From a virus (Duplodnaviria; Caudoviricetes), in IMG/VR virus record IMGVR_UViG_3300037487_002061, positions 1-55,931 of that record: DNA of 55,931 nt. The stretch is one strand, 5' to 3'. Below, one piece after another: positions 9,312-19,176 of this stretch; position 1 is the stretch's first letter; each line of letters begins with the position of its first letter. The notes under the pieces were generated by a model that made no database searches, had not been told where the DNA came from, and worked only from the letters and a program-made list of their open reading frames with translations. A program made the translations under genes and the position numbers.

Positions 9312-9904
9312 CTAATATCGTCAAATTCATTTAAATCAACAGCCTTTACCCAGCCTCTATTTTCTGTATAGAATTCATGATCTTGAGTGCATTTAACTTG
9401 GCTCCCATTTTCAAACTGAATAATAATTACTTCTTCATCAACATCGTAATTCAGGGTCATTTCGACAAGTTGAGGCATAGAATTGTGGTCCAAAACTGTA
9501 TCTCCAATTAAAACATCTTCAATATTTTTAATATCTCCATTATAAAGCTTAACAGACTGACCAGAGACGAAACAACCTCTCCCCGCGCCTGTAGGAATTT
9601 TATTTTGATGACAGAAGTTAAGAATATCCCAATTCAAAAGAATATAATCAGTGAAGCCAAGTTCGTCAAATGTATCTAACTCTTGTTTCGCTCTTTCATA
9701 ATATTTATTCTTATCAGCTTTTTTATTAATGCCTTTAGAAATAATTGCGTTTCTAGAAAGAGCCTTTAATAAATCGAAACTTGAACTATTCTTGTCTAGA
9801 GATGGATCAATGCTCTTAAGCACAGACTCTTCGACAAAAATCTTTGGGAGTTCTACGCCAGCAGGTTCGCAATTATCATAAATAGAAAACTCTTTAAAAT
9901 TCAT
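9302..9904 (-). CDS. dnaE: DNA polymerase III alpha, middle part (110 aa), fused to a 90-aa N-intein
   Basis: ELDTFDELGFTDYILLNWD...GAGRG/CFVSG...KCTQDHEFYT...WVKAVDL. Confidence 0.93.
   Translation of the reverse strand: MNFKEFSIYDNCEPAGVELPKIFVEESVLKSIDPSLDKNSSSFDLLKALSRNAIISKGINKKADKNKYYERAKQELDTFDELGFTDYILLNWDILNFCHQNKIPTGAGRGCFVSGQSVKLYNGDIKNIEDVLIGDTVLDHNSMPQLVEMTLNYDVDEEVIIIQFENGSQVKCTQDHEFYTENRGWVKAVDLNEFDDIREI
9305..9574 (-). mobile_element. Split intein N-fragment (IntN, 90 aa)
   Basis: Block A CF..G..V and block B TxDH, ending in a stop codon; strongly acidic. Confidence 0.92.
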
Positions 9905-10518
9905 AGTCCCATATTCTTTTTGATTTCGAGAAACACTTTAAAACACATTTGACAATCGTAGACGGCTTCATGCAATCTTTTTTCATCAAAATCGATGCCA
10001 AAAAACTTTAATTGTTGTATTTGAGATACTTTCGCTTTTAAAGATCTATCATGCATAATTTTATATTGCCATGCAAGTAGATCTCCTTTTGGCTTGTCAA
10101 GCTTTTCTCTATACGCTTTGCCGAAACATCTTGTATCATAAATACGATTAGTATAAGAGTAATCAATTTTTTCTCCAGCTAATCTCTGAAGAATCGCAAT
10201 CATATAAACATCAAACCCCAAAAGGTTTTGCCCAATAATAATATATTCTGGATCATTAAGGTATTTCTTAAACTTATCCCAAACTTCTTTTGCTGGTTTC
10301 TTTTTCTTGTTATAAGTATTCCAATTAAATCCAGTTAGCTTAACGATTACATCATTGACCGATAAGTCTTTATGATCAATATACTCATCATGAGTCTCTA
10401 CAATCTTATTTCCTTCTGCAACAACCCATGCAAGCTGCCAAGGTCTAGAAGAATAAAGATTTAAGCCTTCTGTTTCGCAATCCATGCATATGTATTTTTG
10501 ATTAAATGGCAAGCTCAT
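9901..10518 (-). CDS. DEDDh 3'-5' exonuclease (DnaQ/epsilon-like)
   Basis: ExoI DCETEG, ExoII GQNLLGFD, ExoIII HEAVYD. Confidence 0.88.
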   Translation of the reverse strand: MSLPFNQKYICMDCETEGLNLYSSRPWQLAWVVAEGNKIVETHDEYIDHKDLSVNDVIVKLTGFNWNTYNKKKKPAKEVWDKFKKYLNDPEYIIIGQNLLGFDVYMIAILQRLAGEKIDYSYTNRIYDTRCFGKAYREKLDKPKGDLLAWQYKIMHDRSLKAKVSQIQQLKFFGIDFDEKRLHEAVYDCQMCFKVFLEIKKNMGL

Positions 10519-11309
10519 GGGTATATTGTATATAATTTTTTCTTCTTTCTGTCAAGAAAATCTTTTGATGAAAAATTATTATTATAAAAAATTGCTTTAA
10601 ATTTTTCCGCTTTGTCTTTTGTTATTCTTGTATAAATAAAATATGTTTGTTTCGTTCTTTTATCTTTTTTAATTTCAGAACATTCTATATTATTTTCTTT
10701 TAGAAAATTTTTAAAAAATTGTAAAAATTCTAAATTTCCAAGTAATGAAAAAGTTAAATATTTTTTTTGAGTTATGCTAAAACATCCGTCTCCATCAAAA
10801 TAACCATGCAACGCTGATGATAAAAATTCTTTTGGAATCAAATTAAAAATTTCATTATTTATTTTAAGAGTTTTGTTTTCTATTAATCCTAAAGATTTAA
10901 GATCTTCTGTAATTTTTTTTCTGCAAATCATTAATCTTTTTTGATTTCTGTCATCGTAAATGGGTCCATTATAATTAATTCTTTTACAAAATTTATTAAG
11001 ATGTGTTCCGTCTTTTTTATTTAAACTTATTTGGAGTTTCCCATTATAAATATTACCGTCTGCGGCTATAAAACCAAACCAATAGGCTTTTTCATGACTA
11101 TTTATTTTTTCAAAAAAAGACTCATCACATAAATATTTATTATTTTCATATTCAATTCTAGTTCTGCCTCCAGAACCAAATTCTTTTAAAATTTTAATTA
11201 CTGTTGATTTTCCTATGGAATATTTAATCTTGATATCTTTTATTAATAATTTATTAATATAATAATCTTTTAAAATTTCTGGAATTTTTATAAGTGTATT
11301 TTTATTCAT
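10515..11309 (-). CDS. Free-standing two-motif LAGLIDADG homing endonuclease
   Basis: KAYWFGFIAADGN and LHGYFDGDG motifs, N-terminal HTH-like segment, more AT-rich than its neighbours. Confidence 0.88.
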   Translation of the reverse strand: MNKNTLIKIPEILKDYYINKLLIKDIKIKYSIGKSTVIKILKEFGSGGRTRIEYENNKYLCDESFFEKINSHEKAYWFGFIAADGNIYNGKLQISLNKKDGTHLNKFCKRINYNGPIYDDRNQKRLMICRKKITEDLKSLGLIENKTLKINNEIFNLIPKEFLSSALHGYFDGDGCFSITQKKYLTFSLLGNLEFLQFFKNFLKENNIECSEIKKDKRTKQTYFIYTRITKDKAEKFKAIFYNNNFSSKDFLDRKKKKLYTIYP

Positions 11310-11346
11310 AATATTTTATACACTCAATACGAGACAAAGGGACTGA

Positions 11347-12057
11347 TTATACGGTAGCATTTTCTAGAAAGGATTGCCAACAAAATTCATTTGAACAAAA
11401 ATGATTGAGATTGGGATTAGTAAACATTGGGCTTTTACCATTTGCCCGACCACAGATTGATTTGTACATTTGGAATGCGTCGAAATCATCTTTGTTTTTA
11501 TGATAGATTGATTTGGTTAAAATGGGTTCTTTGTTTTGGAGTTTAGAGAATGAAAAAACCTGTTCTCTTATTAGATCATCAAATGGATGATTATTTTGTT
11601 CGATGAAAAAATCAAAATTAAATTTAGAGACATCAATGTGACAAAGGCCGAAATGAAATAAATTATTGTAAATAAAAGAATCGTAAAAAGGTATAGAGAT
11701 TTTAATATTTTCGAATTCATCTTCATTGAAGTCTTTTAAGATTAAAACATTTTCTTTGTTTTCGAAAGACAAAGAATAAAGTTCTTTTATCTTCTTCATT
11801 CCTTCATTATTTTTGGCGAAGAATATTAATTTGCTTGGCAATTCATTAACAGAAGTTTGAACCACAGATAGTCTAATGCCAAAAATCAATTTTACATTAT
11901 TTTTAATTGCTTCCTTGTTTAAGGAACGGAAGCCATAAAATGAATCCTCGACAACTACGATTTCTTTTAGATCGTGTTGTTTCTGGATATCGAAAATGTC
12001 TTCTATATTAAGTATCGACTTGCCGATACTGTAATGAGTCTTGAAAAGAGGAATCAC
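11347..12057 (-). CDS. Stand-alone PHP domain of Pol III alpha (metal ligands degenerate)
   Basis: PLFKTHYSIGKS, VVEDSFYG, LIFGIRL, FAKNNEG match the DnaE N-terminal PHP layout. Confidence 0.82.
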   Translation of the reverse strand: MIPLFKTHYSIGKSILNIEDIFDIQKQHDLKEIVVVEDSFYGFRSLNKEAIKNNVKLIFGIRLSVVQTSVNELPSKLIFFAKNNEGMKKIKELYSLSFENKENVLILKDFNEDEFENIKISIPFYDSFIYNNLFHFGLCHIDVSKFNFDFFIEQNNHPFDDLIREQVFSFSKLQNKEPILTKSIYHKNKDDFDAFQMYKSICGRANGKSPMFTNPNLNHFCSNEFCWQSFLENATV

Positions 12058-12066
12058 GAATACATC

Positions 12067-13113
12067 TTATAGCAACTCATCAACTTTGTCAAACTTAAAG
12101 GCAGGACATCCAGCATATTCTCTTTTTTCTACAATAAAACCAATTCCGTTTTTTCTTTTTCTGTCCATATCGTTTTTATTATATGATGATGAAATGATAT
12201 TTTTTTCTTCATCAAGCAAAACAAAATAATTTGTTGGAAATTTAAATGGGCAATGCCACATTGTAGTGCCGTCTTTTTTTAATTGACCTTTGAATTCAGC
12301 TCTTCCACAAACCACTTTTCCACTGAATCCTTCTTCTTTACTTGGGTAGCCCTTATTAAAGGCTAAACCTCCAATTGCAGATTTTTCATTAAAATTATTA
12401 ATAATAGATTGAATTTGAGTTAGGAAATGCTCAAAACCTTCTAATTCGTCCTCTGCGATTTCTTTCATTTCTAATAGTCCTTTGTCTTTGCAATCGAACT
12501 TTAAAAATAAAAATTCCATGTCTCTTTTGAGGAATTCTGGATACAAGTATTTTACAGCGAGACAATACATTAAATTTTGCATATTGTCTTCAATTTCTGA
12601 GCCAGTAAACACTTGTTTAGAAGTTTTGAAATCTCTAATTAATGCAATTTTCTTTTTCTTGAACAAGAATAATTTGTCAATAAACCCTAAGATGCGATAG
12701 TTTTTGCCATCCGATATTGTTTGAATATCGAAATCTTTTTCGCTAATGGACTCATTTGGTTTCCCGTATTTATTTCCAAAGAAATCATAATTTAATCCCT
12801 CCATAATCATTTGATTAACTAAATCAAGATTTGCGAAATCATCTATCTTGTTTTTCTTAGCAAATGCTTTTACCATTCTTTCAATTGGTGGAGAAGCATT
12901 AATATTTTGTTCCTTGGTTAATTTAACATAGTGATGCTTATGCTTTGGGTTTCCCAGTGCTTCGAAAACAGCATGACAAATACTTCCCCTTAAACTACCT
13001 TCGTTTGTAGTGTCTGGTAGCTTTAAATGATATTTGCACCAATATTGCCATGAACAAGTTTGGAGGGTCTTAATTCTTGAAGCTGATAGTGGTTTGTTTA
13101 CGATTTTATCCAT
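12067..13113 (-). CDS. PD-(D/E)XK RecB/Cas4-like exonuclease
   Basis: LSASRIKT..C, GSICH, GFIDKL...IRDFKT, QNLMY, C-terminal Cys residues (WHCPF, GCP). Confidence 0.85.
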   Translation of the reverse strand: MDKIVNKPLSASRIKTLQTCSWQYWCKYHLKLPDTTNEGSLRGSICHAVFEALGNPKHKHHYVKLTKEQNINASPPIERMVKAFAKKNKIDDFANLDLVNQMIMEGLNYDFFGNKYGKPNESISEKDFDIQTISDGKNYRILGFIDKLFLFKKKKIALIRDFKTSKQVFTGSEIEDNMQNLMYCLAVKYLYPEFLKRDMEFLFLKFDCKDKGLLEMKEIAEDELEGFEHFLTQIQSIINNFNEKSAIGGLAFNKGYPSKEEGFSGKVVCGRAEFKGQLKKDGTTMWHCPFKFPTNYFVLLDEEKNIISSSYNKNDMDRKRKNGIGFIVEKREYAGCPAFKFDKVDELL

Positions 13114-14152
13114 AATTAAATTTGTAAAGTTTGTTTAACTTTTTAAGCGAATCATCAAAGGATTTGTTTGTTTTTCCTGATTTTTGCATGTTCTCTGCTG
13201 TAGAGATGACAAATTTAATAGATTCTTGGTGAGTCATATTGTCGGCCTTGAGCATGTAATTTTCTAAATCATTTTTATTCATATCTCCAAAATCATTTTG
13301 ATCAGGAGGAATAAAATAAATATTTTTAAAATCAATCGTATCAATCAATTTAAAGATTGATTTAATTGCCCCTTCGAATCCGCGATTCTTTTCAGAATTA
13401 TAATCATTATTGAAACAAACAATAATTTTCTTTGAAGATAGATTACTCAATTTAGAAATGAATTTGGGGGAAATGTTTAATCCAAATGAAACTAAAACAT
13501 TTTTAACTCCGTTTTCAAATAATGAAAGACAGTCTCCAATTGACTCAACAATAAAAATAATTTCCTTAGAGAGAATTGCATTGCGGCATTCTTCTACAGA
13601 GTGAAACGGATAAAACCAATCGGCAACTCTGCCAACATGAAGCCACTTTGGTTTATTATCGTCGCCATCTACTTTTCTACCAGAAAATCCATGAATGCGA
13701 CCATCTTGCCTAAAGATTGGAAAAATGGTTCTTTGATACATCTTTCCAGATGTTGATAAGCCACACTTGAATTTCTTGAGAACCTCTACAGAAATATTCT
13801 TATTCAAATAAAAATCATAATGAGGTAAAAGTCTTTGTAGCGATAGAATTGGATATGTCTTTTCTTCTTTCAAAAAGTTTTTTTCTTTTATTACACCTAT
13901 TCCATTTTTCAAATCCTTTACATAGCTTCTTATAATGCTGGGGTCATTCGTGTTAAGGGTTTTCGATACAAGGGCTTCGAACGGCATGAAGGTACTATCT
14001 TCAACAAAATCCTTCCAAACGCCTGTATCCTTATATATCTGCAAAGCACTGCCATTGTCTCCTGCTCTATAAACAGCATTAGTTCTCCAGTATTGGCCAT
14101 GATCTTTTAATCTATAGCCAAGATTCTCTAAAATTTCTCTGTAATCGGTCAT
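13106..14152 (-). CDS. DNA primase (TOPRIM)
   Basis: RTIFPI...GFSGR...PKW, IVESIGD, CFNND, NDFGD; adjacent to the helicase. Confidence 0.85.
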   Translation of the reverse strand: MTDYREILENLGYRLKDHGQYWRTNAVYRAGDNGSALQIYKDTGVWKDFVEDSTFMPFEALVSKTLNTNDPSIIRSYVKDLKNGIGVIKEKNFLKEEKTYPILSLQRLLPHYDFYLNKNISVEVLKKFKCGLSTSGKMYQRTIFPIFRQDGRIHGFSGRKVDGDDNKPKWLHVGRVADWFYPFHSVEECRNAILSKEIIFIVESIGDCLSLFENGVKNVLVSFGLNISPKFISKLSNLSSKKIIVCFNNDYNSEKNRGFEGAIKSIFKLIDTIDFKNIYFIPPDQNDFGDMNKNDLENYMLKADNMTHQESIKFVISTAENMQKSGKTNKSFDDSLKKLNKLYKFNYG

Positions 14153-15690
14153 TGAGTTAAAATACTAGGAATTGAATTATCGGGTTCATCCTCTTCCAAG
14201 TCAACGTCATTATTGTTCATAGACCTAACGATATCGTGTAAGTCTCCTTTTTCAGTGATATTAAAATTCTCAAACTGTAGATTAATAAAGTTTGGTTTAT
14301 TGCTTCCATCTGGCATTTCAACTGGGTTGATCGCCCGAAGTGGATCTTTGCCCAAATGTCTCGCTTTTAAATTAATGAATTTATGACTTCCAAAACGATC
14401 ACCTTCTGAATGAATTTCTTCGGCAACTTTCTTTCTAAGTAAAAAGAGATGCGAACAGAAATGTGTAATTCCATCAGATAAAGAAACTACGCTTTCGTCA
14501 TCAACAATATTATCTGCGCTTCTATTAGAAGTAATGCCAAGTCTATTTGATTGAACCGAAGTAATCATGGATACACACGGTTTATTATCGAAGCAAAGAT
14601 CTCTATGAATTGTTTGCTTAAATTTATGAACCATATATGAAACTTGTTGCCAACCATCAACCTTGCCCATACTCCCAAAATCACTTTTAATATAGTCGAA
14701 GCTAAATATAAGTGGATTACCTCTGCCGATTTTTGAATAGTAAAATCTTTTTAAGATAGAACACATTTCGTCTGGACTCATGCCAGCAACGTTTTCATAA
14801 TAAAACTTCATGTTCTTTATCTTTCCCCAAGCAGATCTTACTCTATTAACAACTTGTTCTTGAGTAAGGTTTTTATATGTAGATGTTCTCCATTTGCCAG
14901 TTTGTAAAAGCCAAACAGGAACTCCTGTCATTGCAGAGCATTGACGGAAGATAAGTTCTTCTTCGCTCATTTCTCCGTTATCAAAATGCAGCACGGGGAC
15001 ATCATGCATTGCTGATATCTTGGTTGTATAGTCCATGCAGAATTGAGTCTTGCCAACTCCAGAACGAGCAACGACAACCGTAATGTTCCCTGCCATAAGC
15101 AAAGATCCATACATATCATTGATCTTTTCATGTGGCCCCATTAGTCCAAATGTTTCGATTGGATTATTGCCTCTCTCTTCAATGACCTCTTCCATAATCT
15201 CAAATAGATTAATAGAGCCAGAATCGCTCATCTCAAAATTTTTGAGATTATTATTATAGAGCTTGTCTGCTTGATCAAGTATTTCGCTGTACTTTAAACT
15301 AGGGTCTGCGCCTTTAACAAAGGCGGCAACGTCTTTGCAAGTTTTATAAATCTCTCTTCGTGCAGTAAATTTTTTGAGTTCTTTTACTGAAGACTCAAAT
15401 ACTTCTTCACTAATTCTAAAGAAAGCCAAAGAGTAAATATATTCTGGAATATCAATGCTGTCAGGAAAACTAACTTTTAATTGATTGATTCTTTGAATCA
15501 AAATTGTTTCATCGATTGTTTCTGCATTGTCTAAAGCGTGTCTTAGCAGTTTAAAGATTGAAATATTTACTTTCGAGTCTTCTGAATTGAAATCATTTTC
15601 TTTCAAAAAACTAGATACTTCAGCCCATTTCTTTTGGTGCTGAATAATTCCGCTTAATACTTTTTTTTCTAATTCGTATGAAAAAATCAT
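14149..15690 (-). CDS. dnaB: Replicative DnaB-like helicase
   Basis: ARSGVGKT Walker A, GEMS, FDYIK, VQSNR, KAR. Confidence 0.9.
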   Translation of the reverse strand: MIFSYELEKKVLSGIIQHQKKWAEVSSFLKENDFNSEDSKVNISIFKLLRHALDNAETIDETILIQRINQLKVSFPDSIDIPEYIYSLAFFRISEEVFESSVKELKKFTARREIYKTCKDVAAFVKGADPSLKYSEILDQADKLYNNNLKNFEMSDSGSINLFEIMEEVIEERGNNPIETFGLMGPHEKINDMYGSLLMAGNITVVVARSGVGKTQFCMDYTTKISAMHDVPVLHFDNGEMSEEELIFRQCSAMTGVPVWLLQTGKWRTSTYKNLTQEQVVNRVRSAWGKIKNMKFYYENVAGMSPDEMCSILKRFYYSKIGRGNPLIFSFDYIKSDFGSMGKVDGWQQVSYMVHKFKQTIHRDLCFDNKPCVSMITSVQSNRLGITSNRSADNIVDDESVVSLSDGITHFCSHLFLLRKKVAEEIHSEGDRFGSHKFINLKARHLGKDPLRAINPVEMPDGSNKPNFINLQFENFNITEKGDLHDIVRSMNNNDVDLEEDEPDNSIPSILTQ

Positions 15691-15911
15691 TGTTGTGTTT
15701 CGTCTTGATAGTTGTCAATAAAAAGTTCCATTGTTTTTCTCAAAGCCATACTAACGCAAAGATTTTCGAATTTGTTAACAATTGCGGGTTCTCCATCTGA
15801 GTTGACATAAAATAAAATAAATCCTTTTGTCCCGCCACTTGATGTCCCAGTTAAATCATAAAGTTTTGTTGTAATTGATTCTGGTAATTTGAATGAATCT
15901 TCTCTTGTCAT
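15687..15911 (-). CDS. Hypothetical protein
   Basis: 74 aa with ATGA overlaps on both sides. Confidence 0.65.
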   Translation of the reverse strand: MTREDSFKLPESITTKLYDLTGTSSGGTKGFILFYVNSDGEPAIVNKFENLCVSMALRKTMELFIDNYQDETQQ

Positions 15912-16315
15912 ATTAATTCTAATTTTTTTAAAAGTTCTTCGTCTAGCTTATCTGATTCTAGGATTCTTACAAGCTTAATGTTATTGATGTCGCAAAAATA
16001 TTCTTTTTTTTCATCACGTTGTAATTGAGACAAAAAATTCTGTCTTGAATTTCCATGAAAAAATTTATTAAATTTATAATGTTGATTGCCGTCTACTTCT
16101 AAAGCAATTTTTTTATTGGCATTATAAAAATCAATAGTTAATCTAGTTCCTACAACTGGTATTTCTTCAAAAACAATATCAGCAATCCAATATTGCCTTA
16201 GTAAATCCTTAACTCTTTTTTGAATCTTGCTTCTACATTTTTTGTCCCATTTAATTAAATATTTTGTAGAGTTTTTAAGTTTTATAGAACGTCCTCCTGT
16301 TGAAAGAAAGATCAT
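15908..16315 (-). CDS. Vsr/DUF559-like endonuclease
   Basis: FEE..V...LTIDFY...ALEVDGNQH...RDEKK..FC..NNIKLVRI. Confidence 0.8.
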   Translation of the reverse strand: MIFLSTGGRSIKLKNSTKYLIKWDKKCRSKIQKRVKDLLRQYWIADIVFEEIPVVGTRLTIDFYNANKKIALEVDGNQHYKFNKFFHGNSRQNFLSQLQRDEKKEYFCDINNIKLVRILESDKLDEELLKKLELI

Positions 16316-17424
16316 TTTGATAGAAAGTTTTCCTTGACAAAATTCGCTAGGATTTTTGTCATCTCCTCATCTTCTTCTAAGAATTCATAAATAGATTGTG
16401 TCCCTTGAAATTTATCTTTAATAGTTAAACCCTTGCTTTCAACATAGGCTTTGACTTCTGGATCAATCGTAAACCAAGATCCCGCTTTCTCAATGAGACC
16501 CCACATCATTAACATTTCAACAACTTCGCGCTCGATCCAAATAGATTTACCATTTAGTCTTCCATGTTTAATTGGATATTTTACAGTTTGACCACTTGAT
16601 TCGTTTGTCGATTTACAGATCAAGATTTTAGCCATATGTCCATAAATTTTATTTTCTGGAGTAATTTGTTGATTAGGCTTCTCAAGAATTTTATCTGATT
16701 TGTTTTGTTTTTGAAACTCTAAAATCCAATCTGGATAATGCAATAGCGCGTTTCCTCCACTAGAGTTTGTTTGATTATTTGCTTCAGCCTTGGCGTAAGG
16801 GTTAATATCAACTTTCGCTCTAACTTGAGAGATCATAATACACATATGCCCAAACTTAGACATCCCTAAACTCACTCTCTTTAAGAAGTCGGAACTCATT
16901 AAGGCTCCTGCGGCAACTTTTGCTGCATCGCTTGTTGATTTTTCTAATTCTGCTTTTGGCAGAAGTCCATCCATACTATCTACAACAATGCAGAATTTTT
17001 CTTTGTCAGAGTTGTTCTTCAATAATCCGCGCAAAAAATCGAATACAACATCATAAATATTACATTCAAAAACTAAACAGGTTCCACATACCCATTCTTC
17101 TGCACTAAATACAAAGTTCAGACCAGCTCTTGCTCTTATATCTTTCGATAATCTTCCTTCTGCCTTAATATATAAACCCTTGCTATTACTAATAGTGTTT
17201 AACATATTAAACATAACATGTAGAGCCTCATTTGTTTTGCCCCCCTCATTTGCACCAATGAATCGGTGCATTCCGCTTGCAAATCCTCCACCTAAATAAG
17301 AATCTAAAATCATGCTTCCGCTTGAAACAAGATAATCTTCTGCCGTAGTTTCTAAATTGTAATGGAATTCCTTGTTACTTTTTAAGAATTCCTTTGTATA
17401 ATCAATTGTATTTGTTTTACTCAT
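16312..17424 (-). CDS. RecA/UvsX-like recombinase
   Basis: SSGSMILD, GANEGGKT, VVDSM, ISQVR, SGGNAL, KAGSWF. Confidence 0.9.
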   Translation of the reverse strand: MSKTNTIDYTKEFLKSNKEFHYNLETTAEDYLVSSGSMILDSYLGGGFASGMHRFIGANEGGKTNEALHVMFNMLNTISNSKGLYIKAEGRLSKDIRARAGLNFVFSAEEWVCGTCLVFECNIYDVVFDFLRGLLKNNSDKEKFCIVVDSMDGLLPKAELEKSTSDAAKVAAGALMSSDFLKRVSLGMSKFGHMCIMISQVRAKVDINPYAKAEANNQTNSSGGNALLHYPDWILEFQKQNKSDKILEKPNQQITPENKIYGHMAKILICKSTNESSGQTVKYPIKHGRLNGKSIWIEREVVEMLMMWGLIEKAGSWFTIDPEVKAYVESKGLTIKDKFQGTQSIYEFLEEDEEMTKILANFVKENFLSK

Positions 17425-17797
17425 TGTCTAAAAATTGGCGTATTGTTCTTGGCCTTGGTTTCACTATATCATCACCGAATTTCTCGCCTGAGTCAATAAG
17501 TATTTCTGATTTTTTAGGCTTGTATTTAAATTCTTTATATTTCAAATCAAGAAATTTAATTCCATCAGCAGTAAGAAGCCACTTTATAGTCCCAGATAAT
17601 TTAAATAATGGCTTGACCTTGGACAAGAAATCTAGATCATTATTAAATTTTTCAAAGACCTTTGTCGCGGTCATCATGTCTAAAGCAAAATTAGACGATT
17701 TACTTCCATCGAGTAATCGTTTTATAAATTCTTTTCTTTCTTTGAAAAAAGATTTAACCTGTTTCTTGGGTGCAGAAACTTTTTTAGGACGAGGCAT
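17417..17797 (-). CDS. Hypothetical protein, first gene of the replication operon
   Basis: 126 aa directly after a consensus promoter. Confidence 0.7.
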   Translation of the reverse strand: MPRPKKVSAPKKQVKSFFKERKEFIKRLLDGSKSSNFALDMMTATKVFEKFNNDLDFLSKVKPLFKLSGTIKWLLTADGIKFLDLKYKEFKYKPKKSEILIDSGEKFGDDIVKPRPRTIRQFLDNE

Positions 17798-17803
17798 TAT
17801 GCT

Positions 17804-17832
17804 AATATAATGCAGATTTATATTATTGTCAA
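17804..17832 (-). promoter_or_regulatory. sigma70-type promoter of the replication operon
   Basis: TTGACA-N17-TATATT, 6 nt before ATG 17797. Confidence 0.75.
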
Positions 17833-17928
17833 CTGTTTTGCAGACGAGACTTTAGAATCAACTAAATAAATTCAAAAATCTAGAGAACAGAGATGTGTTT
17901 GTAGAAGAGGTATAACCATTTTGTTTAA

Positions 17929-18117
17929 TTAAATTTCCTTTAGAAACTTAGCTTTTGCTTTCGCTCCGAAAACTAAACGCACTTCTTCTTTGGCGTATTT
18001 GTCGGCCTCGTCTCTAGTGTCTGCCCGAAAAGAAATAGTTAATCCTTCGGTACATTCGTGACTACTTTTAATAGAGTATATGTATTTTTTGGCTTTTGGT
18101 TGTGTTTTTGTTTGCAT
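17929..18117 (-). CDS. Hypothetical protein
   Basis: 62-aa ORF following gmd. Confidence 0.55.
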   Translation of the reverse strand: MQTKTQPKAKKYIYSIKSSHECTEGLTISFRADTRDEADKYAKEEVRLVFGAKAKAKFLKEI

Positions 18118-18124
18118 AAATTAT

Positions 18125-19174
18125 TTATAATATAATGTCATTTTTAACCATCTTCTTTACAAGATCGGCAAAAGTTGATTTAGGAATCCACCCTAGTTCT
18201 TCGCGAGCTTTGCTTGAATCTCCCAAAAGAAGCTCGACTTCTGCTGGGCGATAAAATTTAGGATTAATTTTTACTAGTTGAGTATTATGTAATTCACTAA
18301 AATCGCTAAGATAATTAGGGAGCTGATACATTTCATTTAATTTTTCTCCTGCCCATATGCCGTCAATACCTGCCGCCTTAAATGCTAATTCTACAAATTC
18401 GCGGATAGTGTGAGTTTCGTCAGACGAAAGCACATATTCTTTTGGGCTATCTTGATTAAGCATTAGCCATACTCCTTCGATAAAATCTTCGGCATCACTC
18501 CAATCTCTTTTTGCGTCTAAATTGCCAAGTTCAAGAGGTTCGAATTTTTCTTTGTTTTTTATTGCTTGAGCTATTCTTGCAACGTTTTTTGTAATTTTGC
18601 GAGTTACAAATTCTTCGCCACGACGAGTTCCTTCGTGATTAAATAACCAGCCTTGAATAGCGTAAAGATTATAGGAGTCCCTATAGACCTTAACAAGATG
18701 TCTAGCGGAGGCTTTGGACGCGCCATAGGGACTTCTTGGTCTAAGAGGATGATTCTCGTCTTGTGGAGAATATGCAACATCGCCAAATTCCTCTGAAGAC
18801 CCAGCATTATAATAACGACATTGTGGCGCGAATTTTCTAATGGCTTCTAACTGATAAAGAACTGCCATACAATTAGTATTCATATGATTAACTGGCATAG
18901 TCCAACTATTACCAACAAAAGAATTTGCCGCAAAATTAATAAAATAATCTGGTTTTTCTGTACGGATTACTTCTTCGACATTGTTCGAATCAGTAATATC
19001 TAAATCAATTAATTTAAATCTAGGATTATCTTTTAAATGATCTATGTTTTGATGATTGGTTACGCTAAGTCTACGAACGCCAGCAATAATTGCGTGTTCT
19101 GTATTCTTGAGAAGAAAGTCTGCCATAAAACTACCGTCTTGACCTGTAACTCCTGTTATAATGATTTTTTTCAT
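18125..19174 (-). CDS. gmd: GDP-mannose 4,6-dehydratase
   Basis: ITGVTGQDGS, PRSPYGASK, LFNHEG, FVTRKIT, LGNLDAKRDW, RPAEVELLLGD. Likely start MKKII at 19174. Confidence 0.93.
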   Translation of the reverse strand: MKKIIITGVTGQDGSFMADFLLKNTEHAIIAGVRRLSVTNHQNIDHLKDNPRFKLIDLDITDSNNVEEVIRTEKPDYFINFAANSFVGNSWTMPVNHMNTNCMAVLYQLEAIRKFAPQCRYYNAGSSEEFGDVAYSPQDENHPLRPRSPYGASKASARHLVKVYRDSYNLYAIQGWLFNHEGTRRGEEFVTRKITKNVARIAQAIKNKEKFEPLELGNLDAKRDWSDAEDFIEGVWLMLNQDSPKEYVLSSDETHTIREFVELAFKAAGIDGIWAGEKLNEMYQLPNYLSDFSELHNTQLVKINPKFYRPAEVELLLGDSSKAREELGWIPKSTFADLVKKMVKNDIIL

Positions 19175-19176
19175 AA

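Noticed and set aside
10515-11346. Group I intron around the LAGLIDADG gene
   Set aside because: Only 37 nt of non-coding sequence upstream and an overlap downstream, leaving no room for a ribozyme core.
12067-13113. CRISPR-associated Cas4
   Set aside because: No repeat-spacer array or other cas genes; it lies in the replication operon.
17833-17928. tRNA or ncRNA in the intergenic gap
   Set aside because: No cloverleaf, T-loop or strong hairpin found.
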